From a virus (lineage: Duplodnaviria > Heunggongvirae > Uroviricota > Caudoviricetes): DNA of 64,000 bases. This document shows positions 8,622 through 19,227 of the stretch, one piece after another (position 1 is the first letter of the stretch; every line of letters starts with the position of its first letter). Location of the stretch: positions 1-64,000 of the IMG/VR virus record IMGVR_UViG_3300031993_000024; one strand, 5' to 3'. A program made the position numbers and the translations under genes. Below the pieces are notes generated by a model. It was not told the origin of the DNA, made no database searches, and saw only the letters and a program-made list of their open reading frames with translations.

Positions 8622-10916
8622 ATGCAGATAGATAAGCTTTTATTTTTCGATAAAATCGGAAAGCCATATAATTTCAGGTATGATGAGAACGAAGGTATCT
8701 ATAAAGGTATTATCGTTTTCAAGAAGGTTTCTGTTGAGCTGTATGGTACTGAGACTATAAGGATTACTGAACTTATTGACGGAATACCCGTGTATCCGAT
8801 GTCGGAATCCGGGAATCAAGAATTCCTTGCGCTTTACTGGGACCCCGTGAATAAGTACGTCGACGAATTCGGCATACTTGAATATCCGAGGGATGAATTT
8901 ATAACAGAGACGTCTGCATTAAAATTTACGCCTCAAGACGGACCGGATGTCACCGATATTATAAGGTCGTCGAAAATAGAAAAGTATATAAAGCTTGCTG
9001 AGACATCTGAAGAGTCTGATGACGAACTGACGGATGCCGATATAAGGACTCTCGACATCGACATCTGCTTTTCAGCCGACGAAAGATATTTGTCCAAGAC
9101 TTTTATGAGAACCCTTTATATCGACATTATAGATATTAAGGGTAAGAGAAAACATCTTGCAGAAATAACGATGTATGCTGAGGCAGTCTATGAGGACGAA
9201 CGCCTTGCCGTGCTTTGTAAGAATTTCGGGTATGACGTAAAAACGTCTGATTCGCAGATATTCGCGGAATCAAACATACACGAACCGATTTATGATAGGA
9301 TTCTTATTAACCGTAAGCGAAAGGAAATGCTTCTTGAAGGTCCTGACATATACCGTAGAACTGGTTCGTATTCAAGCCTTATCAAAGCCATAAAATTCTA
9401 CGGCTACGATATGAGGATTTATGAGTATTGGTATGACTTGCATACCGGGAAGAAATTGCAAGTAAAATATCCAGGCTCGATACAACTGCCTTCTCTTGAT
9501 TACAAGAAATCAAGTTACATATCGCTTGCCTATGATATTACAAAGGCTCTTAACGACATAAGCCCTGACGGAAATCCTGAAATCAAGGAGGTGTTCAAAT
9601 ACTCCATAGAGGACGCTAATATAAAACTTGGCCTGCTTAAAGACAAGCTCAATAATAAGTTTATGCCGGTAAGCAGCAGGATTTATGACATAACTGGCGA
9701 GACAATTTATTTCACGACAGCGACTCTTAATAATGTTATACAGAAAAGCAGATTCGATGACATTCTTGCAGGCGACGGCTTCGCATATACAAATGTCCTG
9801 ACAAATGACGTGTTCATAACGTCCGACCTTATGTTTAACAAATACCTTGAATCATTATCTAAAGAGGAGCAGCCAATGACTCCTGCTGAAACGGTTGATG
9901 CGTTCATATCATTTGATAAAAACCACGACTATATAGATAACGAAAGCTTCGAAGATTCTGAAAGCTCAGAAGTTATTGAGATGTCAGGTAAGTGTATATG
10001 TGAATTCATACCGTCAGGCAGCATTGCGATAGGTGACAAGAATGTGCCAATATCAGCATATTCAGACGATTTGACGATAGGAGACCTTGATACCGGTGAA
10101 AAATATAGAAGGATAGTATGGAAGGCTGTTCATGAAGAGCAGGATGAAGAGATAACTATTGAAGGAACTTATGACGAAGTCTGTAAGGTATTGTTTAGGT
10201 TCAGGTATACAGGAAATTATACTGTCACCTGTTGCTATTATGACGCTTGCAATAATATGGGTATGACTAAGCCGGTCACCATATATGTACGGCCTCTGCA
10301 GATAGAGCTTAACGGATTCTATTACGACGCGAGAGAAAATCCTAACGCCGGAATGTATTCTGACGAGCAAAAGAAGACAGTCGTCGAATTTATCAGTAAG
10401 CTTAAAGAATATATTATGAGTCATGATGTCGAGGAATCAGATATGGACATGTATTACCCGTATTTCTATGACAATCTTGGTACGCTGTTGTTTTCGACCA
10501 CTGATAATATAAGTTATGACGTATCGACCCATTGCGAGGATTCTGAGTCATCTGAAACGGTATATGACATATTCGACAGGCTGAGGTATGTTTGGAACGG
10601 TGTTACCGTCAGGCCATATACGTGGATAGTGATGTCATGCAATATAACGAGGATAACAGGCATAAAGGATATAAAATGGTCTGTCACGAAAGACGGAGAA
10701 CTTGTTTATACGTCAGACAGAGATTATTTGTACTTCTTATATAAAGATGCTGGAAACTATACCGTGGGAATTACGATAACTGATAGGAACGACAACACTT
10801 ATAATAGTATCGAGTCTCTCATAAAAGTCAGGAATGACGAAGACCAGGAAACAGTGAAAAATAATTTAATGCTTAAAAAACTTGAAATTACCGGCAAAAT
10901 GTTGTTTATTATATAA
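8622..10916 (+). CDS. hypothetical large protein, probably structural
   Basis: 764-aa ORF preceded by TATAAATA. No motif recognised. Confidence 0.7.
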   Translation: MQIDKLLFFDKIGKPYNFRYDENEGIYKGIIVFKKVSVELYGTETIRITELIDGIPVYPMSESGNQEFLALYWDPVNKYVDEFGILEYPRDEFITETSALKFTPQDGPDVTDIIRSSKIEKYIKLAETSEESDDELTDADIRTLDIDICFSADERYLSKTFMRTLYIDIIDIKGKRKHLAEITMYAEAVYEDERLAVLCKNFGYDVKTSDSQIFAESNIHEPIYDRILINRKRKEMLLEGPDIYRRTGSYSSLIKAIKFYGYDMRIYEYWYDLHTGKKLQVKYPGSIQLPSLDYKKSSYISLAYDITKALNDISPDGNPEIKEVFKYSIEDANIKLGLLKDKLNNKFMPVSSRIYDITGETIYFTTATLNNVIQKSRFDDILAGDGFAYTNVLTNDVFITSDLMFNKYLESLSKEEQPMTPAETVDAFISFDKNHDYIDNESFEDSESSEVIEMSGKCICEFIPSGSIAIGDKNVPISAYSDDLTIGDLDTGEKYRRIVWKAVHEEQDEEITIEGTYDEVCKVLFRFRYTGNYTVTCCYYDACNNMGMTKPVTIYVRPLQIELNGFYYDARENPNAGMYSDEQKKTVVEFISKLKEYIMSHDVEESDMDMYYPYFYDNLGTLLFSTTDNISYDVSTHCEDSESSETVYDIFDRLRYVWNGVTVRPYTWIVMSCNITRITGIKDIKWSVTKDGELVYTSDRDYLYFLYKDAGNYTVGITITDRNDNTYNSIESLIKVRNDEDQETVKNNLMLKKLEITGKMLFII

Positions 10917-10940
10917 AAACAAAACGGTAAACAAAACAAG

Positions 10941-11573
10941 ATGAGAGCAAGTAAAAATCTGAGGCGTACTCTTTTTAAGAAATACTGGAAACAAATTGTC
11001 AAAGATTCTGACTTCCAATATGTGTCTTCTGTTGCTATATCTGGATATTTGATTTCTTTCAGTATCAAGATGAATGAAGACAGACAAACTTATGATTTCG
11101 TTAAGTGCGACGTCAGAAAGTTTATGAGTGACAACAGTACAAATAATGGGAAACGCCGTATTCAGAATGAGCCTGAATTGATTGATAGCTATCAATGTAA
11201 GAAAGGTTCTAAAGAGTTTGCTAAAATGAAAGCAAGTCTTTCAAAATTATACGGATTTCCCAAAGAAGATTTGAGCACTACTATAAATTCAAGTGTAAAA
11301 AATTTTATCGAAGCTATCGAGAAACAAGTAAGGCTTGAATTGTTTGAAATCGTATCTGCTAAGATAAAGGATTCTTTCAAGCAGGCTTTGCAGAAAGTTG
11401 TCGATGACTATGAGCTTAAAATCCTTATACAAAAGGACTGGATGGACGCTGATGAAGGTTCTCGAGAAATCAGAATTTTTGACAGGACAAATTTTATGGA
11501 CTTGGGAACGATGTATTCCGATGACTTATTTAAGAGTCTCGATTCAGGAATTAAAATTTCAGTTGATTTGTAA
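10941..11573 (+). CDS. hypothetical protein
   Basis: 210-aa ORF. Confidence 0.6.
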   Translation: MRASKNLRRTLFKKYWKQIVKDSDFQYVSSVAISGYLISFSIKMNEDRQTYDFVKCDVRKFMSDNSTNNGKRRIQNEPELIDSYQCKKGSKEFAKMKASLSKLYGFPKEDLSTTINSSVKNFIEAIEKQVRLELFEIVSAKIKDSFKQALQKVVDDYELKILIQKDWMDADEGSREIRIFDRTNFMDLGTMYSDDLFKSLDSGIKISVDL

Positions 11574-11605
11574 ACTATTAAAATAACAAATAAAACAGTT
11601 TTAAA

Positions 11606-12415
11606 ATGAAGAAAGTATTATTGCTTTTTGCAGTCGTTGCGACAATGTTCGCAAGCTGCGCCAGAGTGGATTCCTCAGAGGTTGGAATCAAGTTTAAAAA
11701 ATTCAGCCTTACCGAGCAAGGTGAGTTAAGTGCGACAACGTGTACAGGCTGGACGTGGTATAACCCGTTTACCACATCCGTGTATACTTATCCGGTTGTG
11801 GTACAACAAAAGGATTACGATTCGTTAAAAATTATGACAAAAGACGCTGCCATCTTTACGATGGACCCGTATCTGTCATATAAATTGAATCGAGCAAAGG
11901 CTATAGATGTATTCAAAACGTATCGTGCAAAATTGGGTGTTATTGAAGATGGCTATATCAAGACTTGCATTTATGATGCTTACAGAATATGTGCGAATAG
12001 ATACACGTCAGACGAACTTATGAGCAATCGAGCGACTTTTGAGAATGACGTCAGAATTATGCTTGATTCATCCCTTGCAAGTGAAGGATTTGATATAAAA
12101 GAGTTTACATCACAGATAATTCCGCCAAAAAGTTTGTCTGCAATGATTGATGCGAAGAATGCTGCTGTACAATCTGCACTTAAGGCAGAGAACCAAGTAA
12201 AAGAAGCAGAGGCTAATGCAAAGATTGCTGTCGCGAAAGCACGAGGATATGCGGATTCACTGAAGGCAATGGCTGATGGAGAAGCTTATTATAACCGTAC
12301 AGTAGCTAATTCCCTGACGCCTACTCTTGTACAGCAGTATGCCTTGGAAAAATGGGATGGAAAGCTTCCGGTTACGAATGCAGGCAATACTATCCCGTTC
12401 CTGAACATAAAATAA
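11606..12415 (+). CDS. SPFH/band-7 (prohibitin/HflC-like) lipoprotein
   Basis: Signal peptide plus lipobox (LLFAVVATMFASC). An Ala/Glu-rich helix (AKNAAVQSALKAENQVKEAEANAKIAVAKARGYADSLKAMADGEA) is followed by ALEKWDGKLP, typical of SPFH proteins. Confidence 0.55.
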   Translation: MKKVLLLFAVVATMFASCARVDSSEVGIKFKKFSLTEQGELSATTCTGWTWYNPFTTSVYTYPVVVQQKDYDSLKIMTKDAAIFTMDPYLSYKLNRAKAIDVFKTYRAKLGVIEDGYIKTCIYDAYRICANRYTSDELMSNRATFENDVRIMLDSSLASEGFDIKEFTSQIIPPKSLSAMIDAKNAAVQSALKAENQVKEAEANAKIAVAKARGYADSLKAMADGEAYYNRTVANSLTPTLVQQYALEKWDGKLPVTNAGNTIPFLNIK

Positions 12416-12436
12416 AAACTAATTACATTTTACCTT

Positions 12437-12475
12437 CAAAGCCTATGCAAGAACAGTGTAGGCTTTGAATTTTTG
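12437..12475 (+). terminator. rho-independent terminator
   Basis: CAAAGCCT-(15 nt)-AGGCTTTG followed by AATTTTTG. Confidence 0.6.
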
Positions 12476-12532
12476 TAACAGTGAATCTGTTAAATCAATT
12501 CGATTCAGAGTAGTTCTTAAAAATTTAAAAAG

Positions 12533-13138
12533 ATGGATAGAAAGGAAATAACGGAATATGAGGCAGGATGCCTCGTTAATAAATGGCAGATATTGTCAGA
12601 AGAATTCAAGCCTGAAGACAAAAGCAATATCATAGTCGCTGAAAGGAATGAAAAGAATCCGTACGTTAATTATTATACGTATGACGATGTCGACTGCGAT
12701 GAGCTTATGGAACAGTATAAAGGCGTGCCTGTTATGTGGGCATACCTGAAGCGTGAACTGAACAGACTCGACCCATTAGGCATAAAGAACGTGAATTTCA
12801 CGGTAGGAAAGCCTGATGACGAAAGGTGGAAGATGTGGGAAGAACAACGCCTTACAAGGGGATTTGACGACACCGAGCTTTGGAATCTTGATATGACTAT
12901 TCTCGAATTCATAAAGCCAAGGCTGAAGGCATTCAAGGAACAAACTGATTCCATGCCTGGAGGTTCCGAATTTAAGACTCTTGATGAATGGAGGGCTGAG
13001 ATAGATAAAATGATATATTGGATAGAAAACAAGACAAATGATGAAAGAGTCATTTATGAGAAAAGCCCAAAAAATAAAGAGAAATATGAAGAGGGAAAAC
13101 AAGCTTTTATAAAATATTTTAATTTTCTTTGGTGGTAA
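12533..13138 (+). CDS. hypothetical protein
   Basis: 201-aa ORF. Confidence 0.6.
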   Translation: MDRKEITEYEAGCLVNKWQILSEEFKPEDKSNIIVAERNEKNPYVNYYTYDDVDCDELMEQYKGVPVMWAYLKRELNRLDPLGIKNVNFTVGKPDDERWKMWEEQRLTRGFDDTELWNLDMTILEFIKPRLKAFKEQTDSMPGGSEFKTLDEWRAEIDKMIYWIENKTNDERVIYEKSPKNKEKYEEGKQAFIKYFNFLWW

Positions 13139-13156
13139 ATTTAAACATGATGTAAT

Positions 13157-13456
13157 ATGAATGAATTAGTTATTCTTATTCCGATGGTGCTGAATTTCAT
13201 TATTTGGTTTCTGCACTTAAACGCGACACATGCAATGTCTATAACAAAATTATTAGGGCTTATCCTGTGCTCGATAATCCCTATCGTGAATATCTTTACG
13301 ATAATCCTTTACATCATTTTCCAATCGATTGCGACAGCGACAAAGGAGAAGGACAGTAATTACGATGATTCAGGCATAGTTCTTGGTATATACAAAAACT
13401 TCGACCCTGAAACTATAAGTGGCAAAATTCTTATTTACTTAACCAAGAATAGATAG
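13157..13456 (+). CDS. small membrane protein (two predicted transmembrane helices)
   Basis: 99-aa ORF with two hydrophobic segments. Confidence 0.5.
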   Translation: MNELVILIPMVLNFIIWFLHLNATHAMSITKLLGLILCSIIPIVNIFTIILYIIFQSIATATKEKDSNYDDSGIVLGIYKNFDPETISGKILIYLTKNR

Positions 13457-13467
13457 AACTTAGAGTT

Positions 13468-14118
13468 ATGGACAGTAAGGAAATTTACGAGGTATTGCGC
13501 AGCTATTGCTCTGACAAGCGACCTCAGCTTTCAAGGTTTATAGTCATAGATGACACAGTTTATGTGTCTGACAGCTATTGTATGCTTGTAATGCCTGTCG
13601 AATACCTGAAATCAAAGGGATTTGACATTACGAAAGGGTTTGATACGAAACCAGATGACAGCACGCCTAAATTCAAAGCAGTTCCAAGTACGGCGGCAAA
13701 GGACACTGAGTATGTGACTGCGACAATAGAAGAGGTACACAATATCTCAAAGCAGTTTATTGAAGGTGAACACTCATGTCCGGAATGTGGTGGGGCAGGA
13801 ACCGTTACCTATTGGTACAAGGGCAAGCATAGTGACTGGTATGACGAGAAAGAGCTTGAATGTCCAGTATGCAAAGGTACAAGGGAGACATTCAGGAATT
13901 ATCTCTGTGAAATCTTTAAAGACATTCATGTCGATATGCAATGGTTCACGAGACTATACAACCTTATGAAGGTCTTCAGTAAGGATACTGTCAATATCTA
14001 CATGACATCTGATACGACTCTTAGATTCGATTTAGGCGAATTTTATATTATATGGGCGAAGAAAATTGTACTCGACCCAGACCCTGATATGAAAGAGTAT
14101 AAATTAAAACAAGAATAA
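13468..14118 (+). CDS. zinc-ribbon protein with two CxxCxGxG motifs
   Basis: CPECGGAG and CPVCKGTR resemble the DnaJ cysteine-rich-domain motif. Confidence 0.6.
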   Translation: MDSKEIYEVLRSYCSDKRPQLSRFIVIDDTVYVSDSYCMLVMPVEYLKSKGFDITKGFDTKPDDSTPKFKAVPSTAAKDTEYVTATIEEVHNISKQFIEGEHSCPECGGAGTVTYWYKGKHSDWYDEKELECPVCKGTRETFRNYLCEIFKDIHVDMQWFTRLYNLMKVFSKDTVNIYMTSDTTLRFDLGEFYIIWAKKIVLDPDPDMKEYKLKQE

Positions 14119-14136
14119 TTTTTAAGCAATATAATT

Positions 14137-14592
14137 ATGGAAGGAATATTTGAAGAAACAGTGAACAACTTGAAGATAGGAAATCTTCAGCAGATTAACG
14201 AAAGCTTGTTAAATTTGTCAGTAGACAATGCCCTAAAGCAGTATGTCTATTTCAAGAAAATGGAAAAGTATGCACAGGAGGCAATGCTCAGATTAAAAGA
14301 TGCAGCCATTAAAGAGGCTTCTGTAAATCTCAAAGGGAAGAAAGATTTTCCATATAATGATACAGTCGTGACTGTACGAAAGGCGGTCACAAAGTATAAA
14401 TATGACGTTTCAACCGAATGGCGTGAGGCGAAACATGTCTGTGAAGAGGCTGACCTCGCAAGAAAGGTGATTGAAGATAAGTTGAAGATTGCAACTGAAG
14501 AATTTCCGTATGTAAGCAAAATTACTGGAGAAATTATTTCGGAATGCCCTAAGGAGCCTTCAGAAGATACGATAGTCATAAAACTTTTGTAA
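14137..14592 (+). CDS. hypothetical protein
   Basis: 151-aa ORF. Its stop is adjacent to the next start. Confidence 0.6.
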   Translation: MEGIFEETVNNLKIGNLQQINESLLNLSVDNALKQYVYFKKMEKYAQEAMLRLKDAAIKEASVNLKGKKDFPYNDTVVTVRKAVTKYKYDVSTEWREAKHVCEEADLARKVIEDKLKIATEEFPYVSKITGEIISECPKEPSEDTIVIKLL

Positions 14593-14593
14593 G

Positions 14594-14950
14594 ATGGCAT
14601 ACATAGACAATAAAAAATATACTGAAGCTATCATAGAAAGCCAGAAAGCCGGCAAGGTTACCGATGAACTCGTAAAGTACTTTCAGATACATATCAAGCA
14701 TCTGAATATGAGAAACCGGAATAATAACCCAGAAGAGGCGAAGGACTATGAGCAATATGCTATGCTTGAACTTCTTAAGATGTACAAGAAGTTTGACGCA
14801 GAGAAAGGGAATGCTTTTTCATTCTTTACGAACCAGATTGTGTTTTCCCTTAATGCCGCTTATAACCAATACCATAAGAAAGGCGTTGAATTCATATCGA
14901 CATCTTATATAGATGAGGATGGTAATATCAAGGATAATTTCAGTATATAG
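14594..14950 (+). CDS. gp55-like late sigma factor (sigma-70 region-2-like only)
   Basis: KFDAEKGNAFSFFTNQIVFSLNAAYNQYHKK resembles sigma region 2 ([22 protein letters not shown]) and T4 gp55 [28 protein letters not shown]. Small size with no region 4, as in gp55. Confidence 0.5.
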   Translation: MAYIDNKKYTEAIIESQKAGKVTDELVKYFQIHIKHLNMRNRNNNPEEAKDYEQYAMLELLKMYKKFDAEKGNAFSFFTNQIVFSLNAAYNQYHKKGVEFISTSYIDEDGNIKDNFSI

Positions 14951-15087
14951 GCCTATGGGATGCAACTGTAGAAGAATAACGGATTTAGGTAAAAAGATAG
15001 GTAATATGGTTTTCCAAAAATGGAAAGAAGCCTGTCAAGAAACCAAGAAAAAGACAGAAGTCATAAATAGAAAAAGGATTATAGACG

Positions 15088-15375
15088 ATGGACACAAGAA
15101 AAGTTTATGACATGAGGGTATGGAATTACCGCGATTTCAAGTCTGTGATAGACAAGAGTCGTCAGACAGACTTGACGAAAAACCGTGGGTATGACGTATC
15201 TGGAAAGGGTATACTTAACAAATGTGTCAGCAAGTATCTGTACAGGGAGTCGAGATTCTCGATGTTTCTGATGTATGTCGATAAAATGATGGTGCATTTT
15301 ATTAACAGCATAAAAAGGATACAGTTCTATAATAACTTTTCAATGAAAGAAGATGATACATCTCTAAATATATGA
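15088..15375 (+). CDS. hypothetical protein
   Basis: 95-aa ORF; weak call. Confidence 0.35.
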   Translation: MDTRKVYDMRVWNYRDFKSVIDKSRQTDLTKNRGYDVSGKGILNKCVSKYLYRESRFSMFLMYVDKMMVHFINSIKRIQFYNNFSMKEDDTSLNI

Positions 15376-15380
15376 CTGTT

Positions 15381-15420
15381 TTTGTTTTTGTTTTGAGTTT
15401 TGTTTTGTTATTTTGTTTTG
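15381..15420. repeat. (TTTTG)n-like simple repeat
   Basis: TTTTTGTTTTTGTTTTGAGTTTTGTTTTGTTATTTTGTTTTGG. Confidence 0.7.
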
Positions 15421-15422
15421 GG

Positions 15423-15460
15423 ACAGCCGCGTGAGGATTCCGTGGCTGTTTTTATTTTTG
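15423..15460 (+). terminator. rho-independent terminator
   Basis: ACAGCCGCG-tgaggattc-CGTGGCTGT followed by TTTTTATTTTTG. Confidence 0.55.
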
Positions 15461-15501
15461 CCGTCGTCCATAAATATAATGAATAACAAAAATTTTCAAA
15501 G

Positions 15502-16923
15502 ATGTCAGATTTCTATAAGTTGACTGATTCGATACTCGTCGAATATGTAAAATATAATGAGGTGAAAGATGAGCCTCTCGCTGTTAAATACCCTGAAGTT
15601 TCTGGTAATTACTTGTCTTTAAGCGAAGGTGTCTGTGTCGTAAAGGACGGACGCTATTATAACAGGAGGTATATATTTTCTGATAATTTTCAGGATACGT
15701 TTAATGACATGATGACGAACGTGTCTATGTCTAATACCATTATGTCAACGAAGATTAACGGAGGTAAATTCATAGACCCTAATTTTAACGGAGAGCCTTG
15801 TTATCTTGATATTGACAACAAGTTTACGCCGACAGCTGACATGGTATATCATTCGAGCGAGAGGATGTACTATGATACAGTGACATTGTATTTTACAAGG
15901 AGCGGACTGAATCTCTCTGCATATAAAGGATATGTTCTTGAGATACGTAATGTAACTACGTCAGAAGAAAATGATGTCATACTCGCATCCATAAGACTTG
16001 ATGCAGACACGAGGTATATTTTGTGTCCGAAGCCTGAAGTCATTGACGGTAAATTATACGTTAAGAAGATAGTCTTACGAATACCAAGCGTTGCCTACAT
16101 AGCAGAGGACCCTGACATAGAGTCGTTCAGGAATGCCTGCACGGTAAATGACTTGAATAATTCTTATAATAAGATTTCACTTATAGGCATTACGAATAAG
16201 ATTGTTTCTGACGGAATATTTATGACCTATGACACTGAAGTCATAACTGCTGCAAATGTCGTAACAAAAACAATATCGGACATAGGGCTTGACGTAAAGC
16301 CTTCTGGCTTCGGTGAATATTTTGAGATAAACACACTCGTAAATGACGGCAGGTCTCAGTTAAGCGATTTGTTCAGAAGCAAATATGACAGTTTCGTTCT
16401 TGATTATGAGATAACTCTTAAAGAGCATTATATCGCTGAAAGGACATACGACGTCGATTCTTTGGAAACAAGCAGAGTAAATGTCATAAAGCATTTCGAC
16501 ATCGGGGACGTTAGTGACGAGACAGAGGAGTGTGATGAACAAATTACTTACAGACCGGTGCTGAAGACGCATAATACCGTAAGTTTTGACATAAACGTCG
16601 CCCTGAAGATTACGTCTGTTTCAGACGGCAGCATTTATACATACAATGCCTCTTGCTCATACGGTACAGGCGAAGGCGAAAACGTGTCGAATTACGGTAA
16701 GAGGATAAAGGCATATATAAGCAGCTCGGCAAACCTACTTTCAGTCAATGTCTATAATAAGCGTGATAAGTCAGATGAGATGAAGCCTGTTCTTCAAAAC
16801 AGTTCTGTCACGTCTATAAACAGGAAAGCGACTACTGTGGAAATAGCGTCTTTCATAGAAACTGCTGATATTCAAGTATCCGTTTCTGACGTGAATGTTT
16901 CTGACATAACTTTAAATGACTAA
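15502..16923 (+). CDS. hypothetical protein, probably structural
   Basis: 473-aa ORF within the structural block. Confidence 0.7.
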   Translation: MSDFYKLTDSILVEYVKYNEVKDEPLAVKYPEVSGNYLSLSEGVCVVKDGRYYNRRYIFSDNFQDTFNDMMTNVSMSNTIMSTKINGGKFIDPNFNGEPCYLDIDNKFTPTADMVYHSSERMYYDTVTLYFTRSGLNLSAYKGYVLEIRNVTTSEENDVILASIRLDADTRYILCPKPEVIDGKLYVKKIVLRIPSVAYIAEDPDIESFRNACTVNDLNNSYNKISLIGITNKIVSDGIFMTYDTEVITAANVVTKTISDIGLDVKPSGFGEYFEINTLVNDGRSQLSDLFRSKYDSFVLDYEITLKEHYIAERTYDVDSLETSRVNVIKHFDIGDVSDETEECDEQITYRPVLKTHNTVSFDINVALKITSVSDGSIYTYNASCSYGTGEGENVSNYGKRIKAYISSSANLLSVNVYNKRDKSDEMKPVLQNSSVTSINRKATTVEIASFIETADIQVSVSDVNVSDITLND

Positions 16924-16925
16924 TC

Positions 16926-18158
16926 ATGAAGATTCCTGACACCTTAAAGGATATGATATGTATGGGCAACCAATGCCTTATGATTATAGAAGCGTTGGAA
17001 AAGCAGCGCATAAAGATACCTGAGAATCCAGTCGTAATCGTAACGAAGCTGACAGATGAGATGACAGCTGAACTCGGTGCCATGAAAGAAGAACTCGCTG
17101 CGATAGCTGAACAACAGGCGAAACTTGCTGCTGAGAAGGCGGCAGCACAGACTTTGTCGGCGGCGAAGACTTTTTATACAAGTGTCCAAGAGGCGAAAAC
17201 CGTGGAAGAAAGAAAACAGCTTAGCGCGAAAGAAGCTTTGAAAGGTTCCCTTACACGTGAAAAGAACAGGATACAGAAGGAATTCAATGAGAGAAAAGAT
17301 GAATTCGAGGAACAGATTAACGACCTTAAAGAAAATTACAGGCTAAATCTTGAAAGCTTTGAGACATATATCAAAGAAGTAACAGTCGGATATTTGACAG
17401 AAGGCGGCTACGGCCATAAGTTCGTATATAAGAGGTGTGCTGAAATGGAAGACATCATGCAAGAGTATATGGAGCCTGCCCTTAATGACCTTGCGACTGA
17501 AATCGTGAACGGTATTACTGAGAGCGCCGCGCCTGCTGTGCTTGGTTCCGCCGTCGACAACGTCATTTATAAGATATGCCTTATTGTTGACCATATCATA
17601 AAAATAGCGAAATATATAAAAGAGATTTCTGGATATATCAAGTCTCTACGCGATATTATGGAGGAACTGAGAATTCCGGAATTCAGTACCATACCTGACA
17701 GGATAACTGCTTTGGATGCAAGCTCGATTATTTCTTTCGTGCCTGACAATTCGCTCGGTAATGCCGTAAGCAAATATGACGACCAACTGTCGCAGTCGAG
17801 GGATAAATTTGCGTCTGCACGGAAGTCGATAGCCGACAATATGCAGAAGAATTACAGCTGCATAGACGATAAGAGGAAAATGTATGCAAGGTACTATTAT
17901 AATATAGAAGAGGACGGAGCAAGCGTGTATGCTGCAGATATTTATAGGAAGACCGGCGAAGGCAACAGTGATAAGGATTATATTTTCCTATACCATATAG
18001 ACTATCCTGCTATGGATATGATGGAGATACTTGCCATGGGTGCTGACGAAACTGAGAAGATAAAGAAGGAGACTGAATCAGGTAAGCAGAAATCAACTAC
18101 GAAGACGAATTTGAAGGTGAAAGTGACGTCATCCGGTAAAGTTTATATTTCAGAGTAA
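16926..18158 (+). CDS. hypothetical protein with an Ala-rich coiled-coil N-terminal region
   Basis: 410-aa ORF. Confidence 0.65.
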   Translation: MKIPDTLKDMICMGNQCLMIIEALEKQRIKIPENPVVIVTKLTDEMTAELGAMKEELAAIAEQQAKLAAEKAAAQTLSAAKTFYTSVQEAKTVEERKQLSAKEALKGSLTREKNRIQKEFNERKDEFEEQINDLKENYRLNLESFETYIKEVTVGYLTEGGYGHKFVYKRCAEMEDIMQEYMEPALNDLATEIVNGITESAAPAVLGSAVDNVIYKICLIVDHIIKIAKYIKEISGYIKSLRDIMEELRIPEFSTIPDRITALDASSIISFVPDNSLGNAVSKYDDQLSQSRDKFASARKSIADNMQKNYSCIDDKRKMYARYYYNIEEDGASVYAADIYRKTGEGNSDKDYIFLYHIDYPAMDMMEILAMGADETEKIKKETESGKQKSTTKTNLKVKVTSSGKVYISE

Positions 18159-18201
18159 TTTTCAAAACAATAAATATATAAAACTTAAATTAGATAGGCA
18201 A

Positions 18202-19224
18202 ATGGGAAAAAAATTTTTTGAGGCCTATATGACGGCTAAAAAGTCAGGTTGCAATATGGAAGATTTTTCCAATGTCAACAATACTTTTTTCAAAGGCAAG
18301 ATTTCCTTTATGGAATATGCAAAGCTTATGAACAGAATTGAAAATAAGAAATTCTTTTACCTAAGTGAATGCGCGGCAGCCCTTGAAGAACATCCAATAG
18401 ATGAAATAACATTTGAAGTACCTCAGATGACTGTTGTTGACGGTGATGAGAATACAGCGACAAACCCTATGATTTCTGTTGTTAACGGGAGCAATGAGGA
18501 ATTCGCGACAATCAAGGTTACCGGCACAAGCATAGAGGTAAAGCTTAATTCGATACCTACGATGCAGGACCAACAGGAGATAGTAAGCGATATAGACGTA
18601 TGGCTACAGAACTATATCTATTCGCGCTATCCTGAAACTGTCATAGAAAGGGATACAGATATACATGGAAACTTTACGTACAGGATTAAGCAAGACGCCA
18701 TAGAAAACGCTGGACCTATTCAAATGCCTTCTGGCGGCGATAACGGATTTTCAGGCGTGCGTAATGGTTCCGGTGATGCAATAGTAGGACAGAAGAAACC
18801 TGTCGTACCTGAAGAAGAAAGTGAATCGAGCGAAACTGTTATTGTAACATTCGGTGAAAGCAACGAGCCTCTGCTTGCCACCAAGGAACAGTTCATGAAA
18901 TACAGGTTTGCTCAGAAAGACGGCAAATATAATATGCTTGACTATCCTAACGTAGTGAAGACATATTTCGGCGGTACGCCTATAACACAAGATGAGTATC
19001 TTGACATAATCAGCAGATATAACGACTACCTTGTGAAATATCAAGATGTAACAGAAGGCGTGCTCGGCGCGATAGCCGGCGGCGTGCTCGGTATAACTAT
19101 CGGTCCTTCAATAGGAAAGGCTGTTGCGAGCGCGTTCGGATGTACGAAAGGTCCTTTCTACGAATTCTTGACATCAAGGGCGTTTACAACAATTCTTGGA
19201 GCTTATATAGGTGGCAAGAAATAA
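18202..19224 (+). CDS. hypothetical protein; shares a 20-aa motif with the MCP and has a Gly-zipper hydrophobic C-terminus
   Basis: 340-aa ORF. PIQMPSGGDNGFSGVRNGSGDAI matches AIQFPNGGENGFSGVRNGSADAI in the gp23-like protein. C-terminus is GVLGAIAGGVLGITIGPSIGKAVASAFG. Confidence 0.65.
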   Translation: MGKKFFEAYMTAKKSGCNMEDFSNVNNTFFKGKISFMEYAKLMNRIENKKFFYLSECAAALEEHPIDEITFEVPQMTVVDGDENTATNPMISVVNGSNEEFATIKVTGTSIEVKLNSIPTMQDQQEIVSDIDVWLQNYIYSRYPETVIERDTDIHGNFTYRIKQDAIENAGPIQMPSGGDNGFSGVRNGSGDAIVGQKKPVVPEEESESSETVIVTFGESNEPLLATKEQFMKYRFAQKDGKYNMLDYPNVVKTYFGGTPITQDEYLDIISRYNDYLVKYQDVTEGVLGAIAGGVLGITIGPSIGKAVASAFGCTKGPFYEFLTSRAFTTILGAYIGGKK

Positions 19225-19227
19225 AAT

